Below, piece after piece: positions 19,488 through 29,416 of a DNA stretch of 64,000 nucleotides. This stretch comes from an uncultured bacterium (GTDB lineage: Bacteria > Krumholzibacteriota > Krumholzibacteriia > JAJRXK01): the NCBI GenBank assembly GCA_964601275.1, contig CAZRMV010000010.1, positions 70,999 through 134,998 on the forward strand. Reading direction: 5' to 3'. The notes under the pieces are model-generated. The model had not been told where the DNA came from, did no database searches, and saw only the letters and a list, made by a program, of their open reading frames with translations. Position 1 is the stretch's first letter. Each line of letters begins with the position of its first letter. Both the position numbers and the translations under genes were made by a program.

Positions 19488-19862
19488 CTAGGTGGGCATC
19501 GGGGCGATTGCCGGGGACTTTCCCGGCGCGTCGTCTTCGACCTCAGCTCGTGTCGCTGCCGTCTCGCACCGGAGGATGTGTCTGCCGATCTCGACGACCG
19601 TCCCGTCACTGAGAGGTGCTTCTTGGCAGGAAACGCCATCGACCCGCAACCCATTGCGACTCTCCAGGTCGCGAATCACCGGTCCGTCGGGCCCCATCTC
19701 GATCCGGGCGTGATGGCGGGAGATGGTCAGGTTCTCGAGGACGATCTCGTTGTCGGTCGCGCGGCCGATTTCCAGGGGGCGTTCGTCGAGGGTCCAGCGG
19801 CCGAGTTCTCGATCGTTCAGATGCAGCCGGATGATGTAGGATGGTTGCGTGCTGCTTCTCAT
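19488..19862 (-). CDS. FHA domain protein
   Basis: IGRATDNEIVL, ISRHHARI, DLESRNG. Confidence 0.85.
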   Translation of the reverse strand: MRSSTQPSYIIRLHLNDRELGRWTLDERPLEIGRATDNEIVLENLTISRHHARIEMGPDGPVIRDLESRNGLRVDGVSCQEAPLSDGTVVEIGRHILRCETAATRAEVEDDAPGKSPAIAPMPT

Positions 19863-20007
19863 GGCTTCCCCTCCCGAAATGTCTTCGGGCTTCCCGATTG
19901 GAGATTGCAAGAAGCAAGCCACGCGTGTATATCACGGGCGGCTGCAAGGTGGCGGTCAGGCCGCCCTGGCACCATACTCTCACGGGTATCGGGCCCCGGG
20001 AAATCGC

Positions 20008-20084
20008 GCGCCCGTAGCTCAGCCGGATAGAGCATCGGACTTCTAATCCGACGGTCGCAGGTTCGAATCCTGCCGGGCGCGCCA
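20008..20084 (+). tRNA. tRNA-Arg(TCT)
   Basis: GCGCCCG/CGGGCGC acceptor stem, anticodon arm TCGGA-CTTCTAA-TCCGA, GGTTCGAATCC, CCA; 77 nt. Confidence 0.97.
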
Positions 20085-20135
20085 CACAACCCGGACCGTC
20101 AGGACCAGCCATTGGTGGATCGCGGAGGACACCCT

Positions 20136-23100
20136 TCACTTGAGCAAGGTCAAGCGCTGACTCTGCTCGATCCCCGGCGCGGACAGGCGCACCAGGTAGA
20201 TGCCGGACGCGACCGCCCGCCCACGGTCGTCCCGTCCGTTCCAGTTTCGCTGATACCTCCCGGATTCCATCTCCACTCCAGCAATCAATGTCTTCACCCG
20301 GCGTCCCCGGAGATCGTAGATCGCCAGATCCACCTGCCCCGGTATCCGCAGGTCGAAGCGGAGGACGGTGTGTGGATTGAAGGGGTTGGGGTAGGGAGGG
20401 TGCAACCGGCTCTGGGCGGGACGGTGGCTGCGGGTGAGACCCACGGTGAACACGTCCGGGGCGGTCACCCCGTCCCCGAGTGTCACGTCGTAGAGGTAAC
20501 CGATTTCCTCCACCTCGAGGGTCGCCGTCTCGGGGGTCGACTGGTTCAGGATGGTGAGGCTGAAGGATGGGGCCGCCGCACCCGAGGACGGAGGGATGTC
20601 CAAGGCCTGGTCGGTGGCCAGGTTGGCCGTCCAGGTGGAGCCGGTCGGATCGGTGGCGGTGACCAACAACGACACGGTCATGCTGTCCCGGTTGACGATG
20701 TGGAAGCCGTAGTGCTGCTGGTAGGGTTGGATCCCTACGGTTCGCGAGGCGCCCGGCGGAATCACGAATTCGCTGATCCGGGTGACGATTTGTCCGACGG
20801 AGGCGGTTGGATTCTGGTAGTTGCGCCGCAACAGATCGATCTGGATGGTGAGGTCGCTCGTCTCTTCCTCGGCGGTACCGGTGATCACCATGCCCACCGG
20901 GGGATCGCCGCTGTAACTCGATGCGTCGGTCAGGGTGCCCCATGGAGTTTGCGGTGGATCCGGATTGGGAAGCACCAGGTCATTCACGGCATCGCATTCG
21001 TTGGCCGCGGCGGCGAGCAAGGCGGCCCCGGTGCAGGTATTGCAGACCCGTTTCACTCCTTCCAACGGTTCGTCTCCACGCCAGAAACCGAAGGCGCTGG
21101 CCGCGGTGTAGCCCGAGCTCGGTAGCGGCGCCTTGCAATTGAAGACTCCGGTGGCAAGCGCCCCGGGGGTGTCGCCGCCCTTGTTGCCGTTCGCGCTGGA
21201 GAGGTTCTTCCGGACGTTGTCCACGAAGCCGTTGTAGAAGACGGTCTGGATGGGATCGGGGGAGAGGATGAATCCTCCCCATTGGCCGGCGGGGAGGTTG
21301 CGTTGGACCATCCAGGGCGAGGTGCTCACGATCTCGCGCACGCAGGAGTTCTGGATGTTGTTCCACACAAACAGGGCGAAGTCGTAGGCGGTGACATAGT
21401 GATCGCCCGCGTCGATGCCCGCCGCGTTGGTGAAGCTGGTGCTGGAACTCATCCCGAGCTGGGCGGCCCGGTTCTCCATGGTCTGGGCGAAGGAAGGCGA
21501 GGTGCCCTCCCAGCCATTCCACTGGTTGCCCTCTCCGCTCATGATGGCGCCCAACATCATGGCCGCGTCATTGCCCGAGACGGTCATCATCACCTTCAGG
21601 AGATCGCGGAAGGTCATGCTCTCCCCGGTGTACAGGGGCACCTGGGATCCTCCCACCTGGGTGGCGACCCACTGGGGAACGAAAAAGACCTGGTCGGGAT
21701 CCTGTCCATTGGCGATGGCCTCGCAGGCGAGAAGCAGGGTCATCGTCTTGGTCGTGCTTGCCGGTCGAAGGCGCTGCCAGGCGCGCTTCGCATAGACCAG
21801 GTCACCCTCGCAATCGAGAGCAGCCGACGAACGGTGGGGCCGACCCACGGGTTGACGCCAGGGAGCGTAGATGTAGACCTGCCCGGCCCCATAGGCGGTG
21901 GTAGCTGAACCGTCGTAGTACTCGTAGTCGGCGTCGGGGGCGCCGACGCACAGTGCACTGGATCCATTGCCGTCGAAATCGCCCATCGCCAATGACCAGC
22001 CCAGGTGGTCGTTGGCGTTGACATGGTCGTTGAAGTCGATACTGGTCAGGAGGGCAGTCGAGCTGAATCCGTTCTGTCCTCCCATCAACAAGCCGACACT
22101 GCCCGTGCTCGATTCCACGCCGAGGTAGGCGCTCTCCTGGACGTTGTTGTCCGGACCCCCGAAGGCAAGGTCATCGTAGCCGTCGCCGTCGTGATCGCCC
22201 GAGGCGATGGACCAGCCGAAGTGGTCGTTGGCTTCACGATTGGAGATGCTGCTGGAGGGTTCACGGAAAAGACTCCATCCGGGCTGGGGAGCGCGAGTGG
22301 AGTCGGCATAGCTGATCGAGACAACGCCCCCGGCCGCGTAGTACATTCCGTAATCCAGGTAGGGAAGGCCCGCCGCGAAGGACATCCCCGAACCGCGGTC
22401 GGTGAAATGGCCCACGGTCAAGGCCCACCCGAGACGTGCTCCCTGCGCGGGAATGAGGCCTTGATTCAATGGATGGGTGTGATCGACCTGCCAGGCATCG
22501 ATCGTGGTGAGCCCTCCCGGGCTGCCGTACACCACGTAGACCCTTCCCGCCTCGGTGACCGCGCCCACGTCGGTCATCGGCGCGCCGATGACGACATCGT
22601 CATAGCCATCGAGATCGAGATCGCCGCTGCCGATGGAATAGCCGAACCATCCGCCGGCCGCCGCGCTGTAGCCGAAGCTGGCCGGAGTGATCACCTGCCG
22701 GCCCGCCGGGTCGAGGCCGCCGCTGCTGCCCGGAATCATGACGACCATCCCGGTGTTGCCGTCTTCTCCAATGGCACCGACCAACAGGTCGTCGTAACCG
22801 TCGCCATTGATGTCACCTGTGGCCCGCGACCAGCCGAAGAGGTCGTTGGCTTCATCCAGCAGGGAGAGGCCGGACTGGTAGAAGAGCGCCGATGGAGCGT
22901 TCTGGACCCCCTGGGTCCAGCCATCGTAGATCCAGACGCCGCCCGTGTTTGTCGTTCCGAGGTAGTCTTCGGACGGCGCCCCGATCGCCAGATCGTCGAG
23001 ACCATCCCCGTTGAAATCGCCGGCGGCGAGCGCGTTGCCATAGCGAACCGAGGGGTCGAGGGGTTCTCCACGGCTCAATTCCGCCTGGGAAGGCCGGGTC

Positions 23101-23414
23101 AGTCCGAAGGGGCCACCGAGATTCACGTGGACGACCCCGTGGTTGTTGAGTTGATCCAGGCTGTTGGACTCCTGGGGAGTCCCGGTGGCAAGGTCGTCGT
23201 AACCGTCGCCGTTGAAATCGCCGACCGCGAGGGCGTAGCCGAAACGGTCGCCGGGTTCAGGGTGACCGGAGGTCTCGGTTCCCTGGCGGAGAAGTGCGAG
23301 GTAGGCGTGGGCGGCAGAGGCGCTCAGGACGAGGGAGAGCAGAACCATGACCATGCCGCGGCAACCGCTGCCATGCATCGTAGAACCTTCGGCAGTGGGG
23401 GAAGCAGGGCACAA
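20136..23414 (-). CDS. Secreted FG-GAP repeat + peptidase S11 (D-Ala-D-Ala carboxypeptidase) + FlgD-Ig CTD fusion
   Basis: Repeats such as FGYALAVGDFNGDGYDDLA; PASTTK, SGNDAA, KGG; C-terminal YPNPFNP...YDLRGRRV...WNGRDDRG...SGIY; start may be 23351. Confidence 0.85.
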   Translation of the reverse strand: MCPASPTAEGSTMHGSGCRGMVMVLLSLVLSASAAHAYLALLRQGTETSGHPEPGDRFGYALAVGDFNGDGYDDLATGTPQESNSLDQLNNHGVVHVNLGGPFGLTRPSQAELSRGEPLDPSVRYGNALAAGDFNGDGLDDLAIGAPSEDYLGTTNTGGVWIYDGWTQGVQNAPSALFYQSGLSLLDEANDLFGWSRATGDINGDGYDDLLVGAIGEDGNTGMVVMIPGSSGGLDPAGRQVITPASFGYSAAAGGWFGYSIGSGDLDLDGYDDVVIGAPMTDVGAVTEAGRVYVVYGSPGGLTTIDAWQVDHTHPLNQGLIPAQGARLGWALTVGHFTDRGSGMSFAAGLPYLDYGMYYAAGGVVSISYADSTRAPQPGWSLFREPSSSISNREANDHFGWSIASGDHDGDGYDDLAFGGPDNNVQESAYLGVESSTGSVGLLMGGQNGFSSTALLTSIDFNDHVNANDHLGWSLAMGDFDGNGSSALCVGAPDADYEYYDGSATTAYGAGQVYIYAPWRQPVGRPHRSSAALDCEGDLVYAKRAWQRLRPASTTKTMTLLLACEAIANGQDPDQVFFVPQWVATQVGGSQVPLYTGESMTFRDLLKVMMTVSGNDAAMMLGAIMSGEGNQWNGWEGTSPSFAQTMENRAAQLGMSSSTSFTNAAGIDAGDHYVTAYDFALFVWNNIQNSCVREIVSTSPWMVQRNLPAGQWGGFILSPDPIQTVFYNGFVDNVRKNLSSANGNKGGDTPGALATGVFNCKAPLPSSGYTAASAFGFWRGDEPLEGVKRVCNTCTGAALLAAAANECDAVNDLVLPNPDPPQTPWGTLTDASSYSGDPPVGMVITGTAEEETSDLTIQIDLLRRNYQNPTASVGQIVTRISEFVIPPGASRTVGIQPYQQHYGFHIVNRDSMTVSLLVTATDPTGSTWTANLATDQALDIPPSSGAAAPSFSLTILNQSTPETATLEVEEIGYLYDVTLGDGVTAPDVFTVGLTRSHRPAQSRLHPPYPNPFNPHTVLRFDLRIPGQVDLAIYDLRGRRVKTLIAGVEMESGRYQRNWNGRDDRGRAVASGIYLVRLSAPGIEQSQRLTLLK

Positions 23415-23631
23415 TGGAGGGACCCCATCATTCTCCGATACTCCCTGCGCCGTGGCAAGTCATTGGCATTTCAGGACGTACAGACCTTCAGGCCATCCAC
23501 TCGGAATCGATGCTCCCGCGACCGGTCGCCGGGTTCCTGGCCTCTTTCGGTTTCCGGCCGATGGGGGTATCATGGGCCGTCCTCGCCTCGAATTTCCAGT
23601 CAACCCCTCAACCCGGAGTCGAGCTTCTCCC

Positions 23632-24225
23632 ATGGCCAAGTCGCAATTGAAGGTTCTCGCGGTTGTCGGAAGCCTGCGCGATCGATCGGCGAGCCGGGTG
23701 GCGATCCGACATCTCACCCAGCGGCTCCAGGAAGAGGGCTGTTCGGTCGATCTGCTCGATCTTCGTGACGAACCGCTCCAGATGTACAACCCGGATACCA
23801 GCCCCTCCACCCCGGAATTCAAGTCGTTGCAGGAACGGGTGCGACGGGCCGATGTCTTCCTGCTGGCGACGCCCGACTACCACGGCAGCGTGAGTGGGGT
23901 CCTGAAGAACTTCCTCGATCACTTCTGGCGCGAGTTCACCGGGAAACTCTTCGGCACGGTCGTCGCCTCGCACGAGAAGGGACTCACCACCACCGACCAG
24001 TTGCGCACCATCGCACGCCAGTGCTACGCGTGGACCTTGCCCTACGGAATCTCCCTTCTCGATGGGGAGGATGTGAAGGACGGTAAGCTCGTCAGCGATC
24101 ATCTGACCGGGCGCCTGGAGATGATGGTCCATGATGTGGTGGCCTACGGAAGTGTTCTGGCGCGGCAGAGGGAAGCCGATCTGAAGGGAAGTTCTCCCGG
24201 TTTCCTAGCGCGCCTGCGGCCTTGA
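23632..24225 (+). CDS. NADPH-dependent FMN reductase
   Basis: VVGSLR, ATPDYHGSVSGVLKNFLD. Confidence 0.9.
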   Translation: MAKSQLKVLAVVGSLRDRSASRVAIRHLTQRLQEEGCSVDLLDLRDEPLQMYNPDTSPSTPEFKSLQERVRRADVFLLATPDYHGSVSGVLKNFLDHFWREFTGKLFGTVVASHEKGLTTTDQLRTIARQCYAWTLPYGISLLDGEDVKDGKLVSDHLTGRLEMMVHDVVAYGSVLARQREADLKGSSPGFLARLRP

Positions 24226-24248
24226 TTGCCGCGCGGCGGCGGATCGAT

Positions 24249-25820
24249 CTATTTCTCCTCGTGGTATTCCTCTTCGGCGTTCACGTCCCAGATGTTCGAC
24301 TTGTCGGTGCGGCCGTCCAGGATGTTGTCGACCCCGGTCATCGCGGTGAGCATCGAGTGATCCTGGTTGTTGTAGCGGTGCATCCCGTTGCGGCCGATCG
24401 GGAAGAGGTTCTCGATCCGATCGAGGTACGATCTCACTTCGTGGAAGCGGGCGTAGGTGCCGAAGTAGGCAGGATAGGTCTTGGGCATGCGCAGAACGGT
24501 GCCGTCGAGGACCTTCGCCCGGTCGATGATCTCGATGCGGTGCAGTTCCTCACTGCCCAGATCGATCAGTTCCCCGTCGCTGCGGCTCCAGATCGCGTCA
24601 CCCTCGTTGCAGAAGTACTCGAGCCCGAGCCATACCTTGCCGGGGTCTGAGACCAGGTAGGGGCTCCAGTTGTTGTAGATCTGCAGGCGGCCCACCAGGA
24701 CCTCGGGCTCCTGGATGTAGATCCAGTTGTCCGACAAGAACTTCCTGCCTCCATCGCTCTCATCGAAGACCCGCAGGTCGTCCACGAGGAGCCCGACGGT
24801 CAGGAAATCCCGGTAGATCAGGCCCTCGCTGACTTCCCGGACCGATGCCGGCACCTCCGCGTCCAGGGAACGGACCAGTTCGCGGACCGGCATGGTCGAG
24901 AAGCAATAGTCGGCGGGATGGGAGGTCTCCTCGCCGGAGACGACATCGCGGGCGGTCACCGAGGTGACCCGGTCGTGCTCGACGGTGACCCGGCACGCTT
25001 CTTGGCCCATGAGGATGCGCCCGCCCAGGGCCCGGATCCTCTCCGCGCAGAGTTCCCACATCTGGCCCGGGCCGTACTTGGGGTAGAGGAACTGCTCGAT
25101 GAGCGAGGTCTCCGTTCCCTTCTGCTCGATGCCCTCCTTCTTGAAGGGCTTGGACAGGGCATGGACGATGGCCTTGGAGATGGACAGGCCCTTGATGCGC
25201 TGGGCGCCCCAGGACGCTTCGATCCGCCGGCAGGGCACTCCCCATACCTTCTCGGTATAGGACTGGAAGAAGGTGCGATACAGCTCGTCGCCGAAGCGGT
25301 TGATGAAGAACTGCTCGAGGTTCTTCTCATCCCCGATGGGAAAGAGACGCGCCTTCAGGTAGCTCAGACCGATCCGGACCATGCGCAGCAAACCGAGGTT
25401 CCGCGCCGTCTGCAGACTGAGGGTGATGGGATAGTCGAAGAACTTCCTCAGGTAGTAGATGCGACTCCTGCGTGAGCGCACCAGCATGACCCGGTCGGTC
25501 GATTCCGGATCGGGAGCTTCCTTCCCGGCCCGGACTCCGCGGTCTCTTCCGTGGTAGCTGATGGTGGCGCTTCCCTGCGGCAGCGCTTGCACGGGCATGA
25601 GCTCGAGCCACCACTGCATGACCCGGTCGGACTTGGAGAAGAAACGGTGGCCGCCGATATCGATGCGGTTCCCCTTGTAATCGACGGTACGGGCGATGCC
25701 CCCGAGGATATCGTCCTTCTCCAGGACGACGACCCGGATGTCGCTGCGGCGCAGCAGTTCAAGAGCGGCGGTCAGGCCGGCCGGTCCACCCCCGATGATC
25801 ACCGCGGTCTTGTCAGTCAT
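24249..25820 (-). CDS. NAD(P)/FAD-dependent oxidoreductase (HemY/UDP-galactopyranose mutase-like clan)
   Basis: [48 protein letters not shown]. Confidence 0.88.
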   Translation of the reverse strand: MTDKTAVIIGGGPAGLTAALELLRRSDIRVVVLEKDDILGGIARTVDYKGNRIDIGGHRFFSKSDRVMQWWLELMPVQALPQGSATISYHGRDRGVRAGKEAPDPESTDRVMLVRSRRSRIYYLRKFFDYPITLSLQTARNLGLLRMVRIGLSYLKARLFPIGDEKNLEQFFINRFGDELYRTFFQSYTEKVWGVPCRRIEASWGAQRIKGLSISKAIVHALSKPFKKEGIEQKGTETSLIEQFLYPKYGPGQMWELCAERIRALGGRILMGQEACRVTVEHDRVTSVTARDVVSGEETSHPADYCFSTMPVRELVRSLDAEVPASVREVSEGLIYRDFLTVGLLVDDLRVFDESDGGRKFLSDNWIYIQEPEVLVGRLQIYNNWSPYLVSDPGKVWLGLEYFCNEGDAIWSRSDGELIDLGSEELHRIEIIDRAKVLDGTVLRMPKTYPAYFGTYARFHEVRSYLDRIENLFPIGRNGMHRYNNQDHSMLTAMTGVDNILDGRTDKSNIWDVNAEEEYHEEK

Positions 25821-25973
25821 TGGCGATGGACTCCGAACGCGAGAGTACCTAGAATCCGGCTGCTGCGGCCTGGTTTCGGGAGATCCGCCCCGGTTCATCG
25901 AAGTCTTCAAGGGTTGGGTAGTCTAGGGGCACACTTCAAGGCGGCGCAAGCCGAAGATGGAGGGTCCGCGATC

Positions 25974-26432
25974 TTGAATGCCACCCTGCATCGTCTGCTG
26001 ACGGAGGAAACCGACTCGACCGCGGTGCAGCTTCTTCGTTATGTCCTTGCCGGGGGGATCGCATCGGTCGTCGACATCGGCTCCTTCGCGATCTTCGCCA
26101 CTCTCCTGGGTATCGACTACCGCATCGCCGTGATCCTGTCGTTCACCCTGGGCTTGAGCACGAACTTCACCCTGAGCAACACCTTCGTCTTCCAGCGGAA
26201 GACTCTTTCCCTGCGGGTCGTCTATCTCCGCCAGTACATGTCCGGCCTCGCGGGACTGGCGGTGAACGAAGTGGTCATGATCGCCCTGGTGGAGGGACTG
26301 GGAATGGAGAACCTGATCCTGGGAAAAGTGGTCGCGACCGGCTGCGCCTTCTTCGTGAACTTCTTCCTGGTGAAGAACTTCGCGTTCAACCACCGGATCA
26401 CCTGGTTCGGGGGGTCTTCGCCGGGCTCCTAG
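25974..26432 (+). CDS. GtrA family flippase-like protein
   Basis: QLLRYVLAGG, NFTLSNTFVF, NFFLVKNFAF; four TMs; TTG start inferred. Confidence 0.85.
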   Translation: MNATLHRLLTEETDSTAVQLLRYVLAGGIASVVDIGSFAIFATLLGIDYRIAVILSFTLGLSTNFTLSNTFVFQRKTLSLRVVYLRQYMSGLAGLAVNEVVMIALVEGLGMENLILGKVVATGCAFFVNFFLVKNFAFNHRITWFGGSSPGS

Positions 26433-27840
26433 GTCGACTCGGCGGTAGCGGTGGCCCAGACCCGCGGTACACGGCGAAGCGCCGATTCGAAAAGACCGGT
26501 TCCTGGCCGGGAGGAGCGGTCTCGGTCGGTCCTGCCACCACGAAATAGCCGGCCTGGCTGTTCTTCGCCGAGACATTGTAGACCGCCCTATGCCGGCCGT
26601 AGAGGTACAGGACCCGCGGTTTGAAGAAGGAGAAGACCGCCTCCTTCTGGGTGCTCTGCACGAAGCTCCACAGTTCCTCCGCCTCGGGAGTGTACGGGCC
26701 CTCCACCACTTCGGGGTGGAAGAGGAACCCCTTCCGGGGAATCAAGTGGGCGTATTGGACGGTGAAATGGAGCAGGACCACCAAGGCGAAGCCGGGCAGA
26801 GCCCACCTCAGGGGCTTCAGATCCCGGCCGATCCTCTCCAGGCCCAGGGCGGTGTAGAAGCAGTAGATGGGAAAGAGAGGGTAGAGGAATCGGATGCCCT
26901 GGGTGGCGGGCCAGGCGAGGTACAGAAGGACGGTCAGCAGAAAGACCAGGACCATCGGCCATCGCCGGCGCAGATCCAAGGCCATGGCGTAGACCAGGGG
27001 CCCGAGACTCAGCCAGAAGAGATATCGCCCGACGTCCCTCGAGTAGAACTCCCCTCCTTCATGCAGGTAGTAGAGCAGGTTCCGCCAGATGGTATCGGCA
27101 CGGTACGCGTTCCAGATGCCCGCGTCGGTCCGGTAGGAGGGAAGGACGAAATGGGCGGCCGCGTGCCCCAGGAGGAACCCTCCCGAGGGAAGCAGGATCC
27201 GCCAGCCCTTTCGCCACCGACATCGACTCCAGGCGAAGCCGGCCCAGATGAGCACCGGGGCGAGCAGGAGAACGCCGTTGGGTCGGATCCAACTGCACCA
27301 GAAGATCCACGCGCCCAGGAGCAATCCCCAGATCGCGGTGAAATCGTCCCTGCGCCAGAGATCCATGATCACAAACGCTGTGAGGAAGAAGAAGGTGAAG
27401 GGAAGGTCGGAGAGGATCTCGTTGGTGAAAAGGGTGAGTGCGGGACTGAACAGCAGCAGAGCCAGGGCGAAACGCGCCGTCGACGGAGCAACCGACCGGC
27501 GGAACAGGAGCCAGGAGACCAGTCCCGATCCCAGGAGGAAGAAAACCATCAGGCCCTTGAAGACCGCCAGGTCCAGGCCGAAGAGGGCGTAGAAGGGAGC
27601 CAGGATCATCGGGAATCCCCAGCCATAGACCGCCGGTCCCACCGGAAGATCCGAATGGGCGGCGCAGTGGAGTTGGTCGAGGATGTACGGCTCGACGCTG
27701 CCTTCGACCAGGGCCCGCGCCTGTCCGAGGTAGCCGGCGAAGTCGCCTCCCCAACCGTGGCCCGGGTAGCTCACCAGAAGACACAGCAGGATGGTCGCGG
27801 CGAAGAGGCTCCAGAGCGGAATGCGATCGAGGATACCCAT
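26398..27840 (-). CDS. GT-C fold (family 39-like) membrane glycosyltransferase
   Basis: WGGDFAGY, YGWGFPMIL, EILSDLPF, IRPNG, RFLYPLFP; many TMs. Confidence 0.75.
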   Translation of the reverse strand: MGILDRIPLWSLFAATILLCLLVSYPGHGWGGDFAGYLGQARALVEGSVEPYILDQLHCAAHSDLPVGPAVYGWGFPMILAPFYALFGLDLAVFKGLMVFFLLGSGLVSWLLFRRSVAPSTARFALALLLFSPALTLFTNEILSDLPFTFFFLTAFVIMDLWRRDDFTAIWGLLLGAWIFWCSWIRPNGVLLLAPVLIWAGFAWSRCRWRKGWRILLPSGGFLLGHAAAHFVLPSYRTDAGIWNAYRADTIWRNLLYYLHEGGEFYSRDVGRYLFWLSLGPLVYAMALDLRRRWPMVLVFLLTVLLYLAWPATQGIRFLYPLFPIYCFYTALGLERIGRDLKPLRWALPGFALVVLLHFTVQYAHLIPRKGFLFHPEVVEGPYTPEAEELWSFVQSTQKEAVFSFFKPRVLYLYGRHRAVYNVSAKNSQAGYFVVAGPTETAPPGQEPVFSNRRFAVYRGSGPPLPPSRPRSPAKTPRTR

Positions 27841-27850
27841 GGATCGCCGG

Positions 27851-29245
27851 TCAGCGCCCCCGGAAGAAGCTCTTGAAACCTCCGGTGGTGGTCGATTCGG
27901 TGGGAATCGGCCGCAACTCGGTTCGGAAGGGCGTCCCGGGATCGCCCAGCAGGCACCAGCTCAGGTTGGTCCAGCGCTTGAAGTTCTCGACGGGAAGACC
28001 GGTCGGCGCCTGGGTCTTCAGGGTGGCTCGCATCGCGTCGCCTACCAGGACTCCGGAACCCGCGGTGATCTCGCCGAAGAAGGCTTCCAGGTAGGCGTGG
28101 GAACTCGATGCGAAGGCGGCGTCGACAAAACCGAGAGCCCCGGCGCTGCCTCCCTGGGGGGCGAGAACGAGATGTTCCAGGATGGAGTCATCGGCGAACG
28201 ATGCGGCGTCACTGGTCATCGACACCACGAAGGAATAGTGGGGGGCGTTGGTAAGCCCATCGAGATCGCCGTTGAAGATGTTTCCGTTGCCGACGGAGAT
28301 GCGATCGACGGAGCCCTCTCCGATGAAGCACAGCAGTCCCTGATTCCCCGAACCCAGTGCCTGCAGGGCGGAGGTCACGGTGAGGGCGGTCGAGCCGGGA
28401 TACCCGGTCCAGTTCTCATACCGCCGGTCAACCGTCGGTGGATAGGGGTGCAGTTGCAGGACGGCGGCGAGGTTCTCGCCGTAGGTCGCGCCGTCCAGGG
28501 TCGGGACGCCGCCGGTCCAGTTGCTGGGGAAGAGGACCTCGGCCAGGATGACCGCCGAACCGAAGCAGGGCGCCGGATCCACGGTGTCGTAGGCGATGAC
28601 CCTTTCCACGAAGTGCTGTGCCTGCGTCAGATCGTGGACCGGTGCGCGTCCGACCGCGAGTTCCGGATCGAGGTCGACCTGGTCGCCGGGGTCGCTGAAA
28701 CTCCGGTAGGCCTCTCCGAAGATCCCGTCGCCGTCGGCGTCCCAGTCGCCATCGAGGCAGGCGTAGTAGAGATCGGATTCGAGATCGCTGGAGCCCCCCG
28801 CCGGATACCAGGTGCTGCGAGCCAGGCGCACGGGAATGAAGCCGCTGTCCCCGCCGAGGAGAACGTACCTCAGGTTTCCCTTGGCGTACTGCTGGATGAG
28901 GTAGTTGCGGAGCGTCTCGGCGTCGTCGCGTCCGGGGGGCGCGGTGCCCAGGATCTCTTCGAGGGTTACCACGCAGCTCGGCAGATCCGCGACCAAGGTC
29001 CGATGCTGGGCCAGGGTCGCAAACGCCGCCTGGAAGGCCGACGGACAGATGATGAGATGGACGGCCTCATCCGCCGCGACCGCGGACCGGGCCGGCGTAG
29101 TGGAGGCGGCCGCAAACGCCGCCAGGACAAGAACCAGTACCAGAGAAGGCCACGCGGCCCGCAGCGCTGACGGAGTGGACACGGGAAACCTCCGGTCGAG
29201 GGTGGATCGCAGCGGAGAATGAGGTCGTATCGTCGATGCAATCAT
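27851..29245 (-). CDS. Peptidase C25 (gingipain)-like secreted protein, catalytic dyad substituted
   Basis: YVLLGGD, SDLYYACLDGDW, PELAVGRAP, LLGDP; GEG in place of GHG and MTSD in place of xACx. Confidence 0.8.
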   Translation of the reverse strand: MIASTIRPHSPLRSTLDRRFPVSTPSALRAAWPSLVLVLVLAAFAAASTTPARSAVAADEAVHLIICPSAFQAAFATLAQHRTLVADLPSCVVTLEEILGTAPPGRDDAETLRNYLIQQYAKGNLRYVLLGGDSGFIPVRLARSTWYPAGGSSDLESDLYYACLDGDWDADGDGIFGEAYRSFSDPGDQVDLDPELAVGRAPVHDLTQAQHFVERVIAYDTVDPAPCFGSAVILAEVLFPSNWTGGVPTLDGATYGENLAAVLQLHPYPPTVDRRYENWTGYPGSTALTVTSALQALGSGNQGLLCFIGEGSVDRISVGNGNIFNGDLDGLTNAPHYSFVVSMTSDAASFADDSILEHLVLAPQGGSAGALGFVDAAFASSSHAYLEAFFGEITAGSGVLVGDAMRATLKTQAPTGLPVENFKRWTNLSWCLLGDPGTPFRTELRPIPTESTTTGGFKSFFRGR

Positions 29246-29416
29246 AGTACCTCCGTTGCCGAAGGATGGAGCAAAGCCCGGCAGATCCCGGAGGACATCA
29301 ACCCGCCCAACGATCCAAGTGCTTGAAAATGAAAGAGCTAGAGACTTTCCCGGTCGGCTTCCCAAAAAAACACTAAAGAAGTCGTCCGGCCCGGCCGATC
29401 GAAAAGGGTAGAACCG

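Noticed and set aside
22005-23768. Long antisense or alternative-frame ORFs (e.g. 22005..23768, 1013..2830, 14042..15589, 55181..56815, 61337..62350)
   Set aside because: They overlap well-supported genes on the opposite strand; expected from GC3 bias
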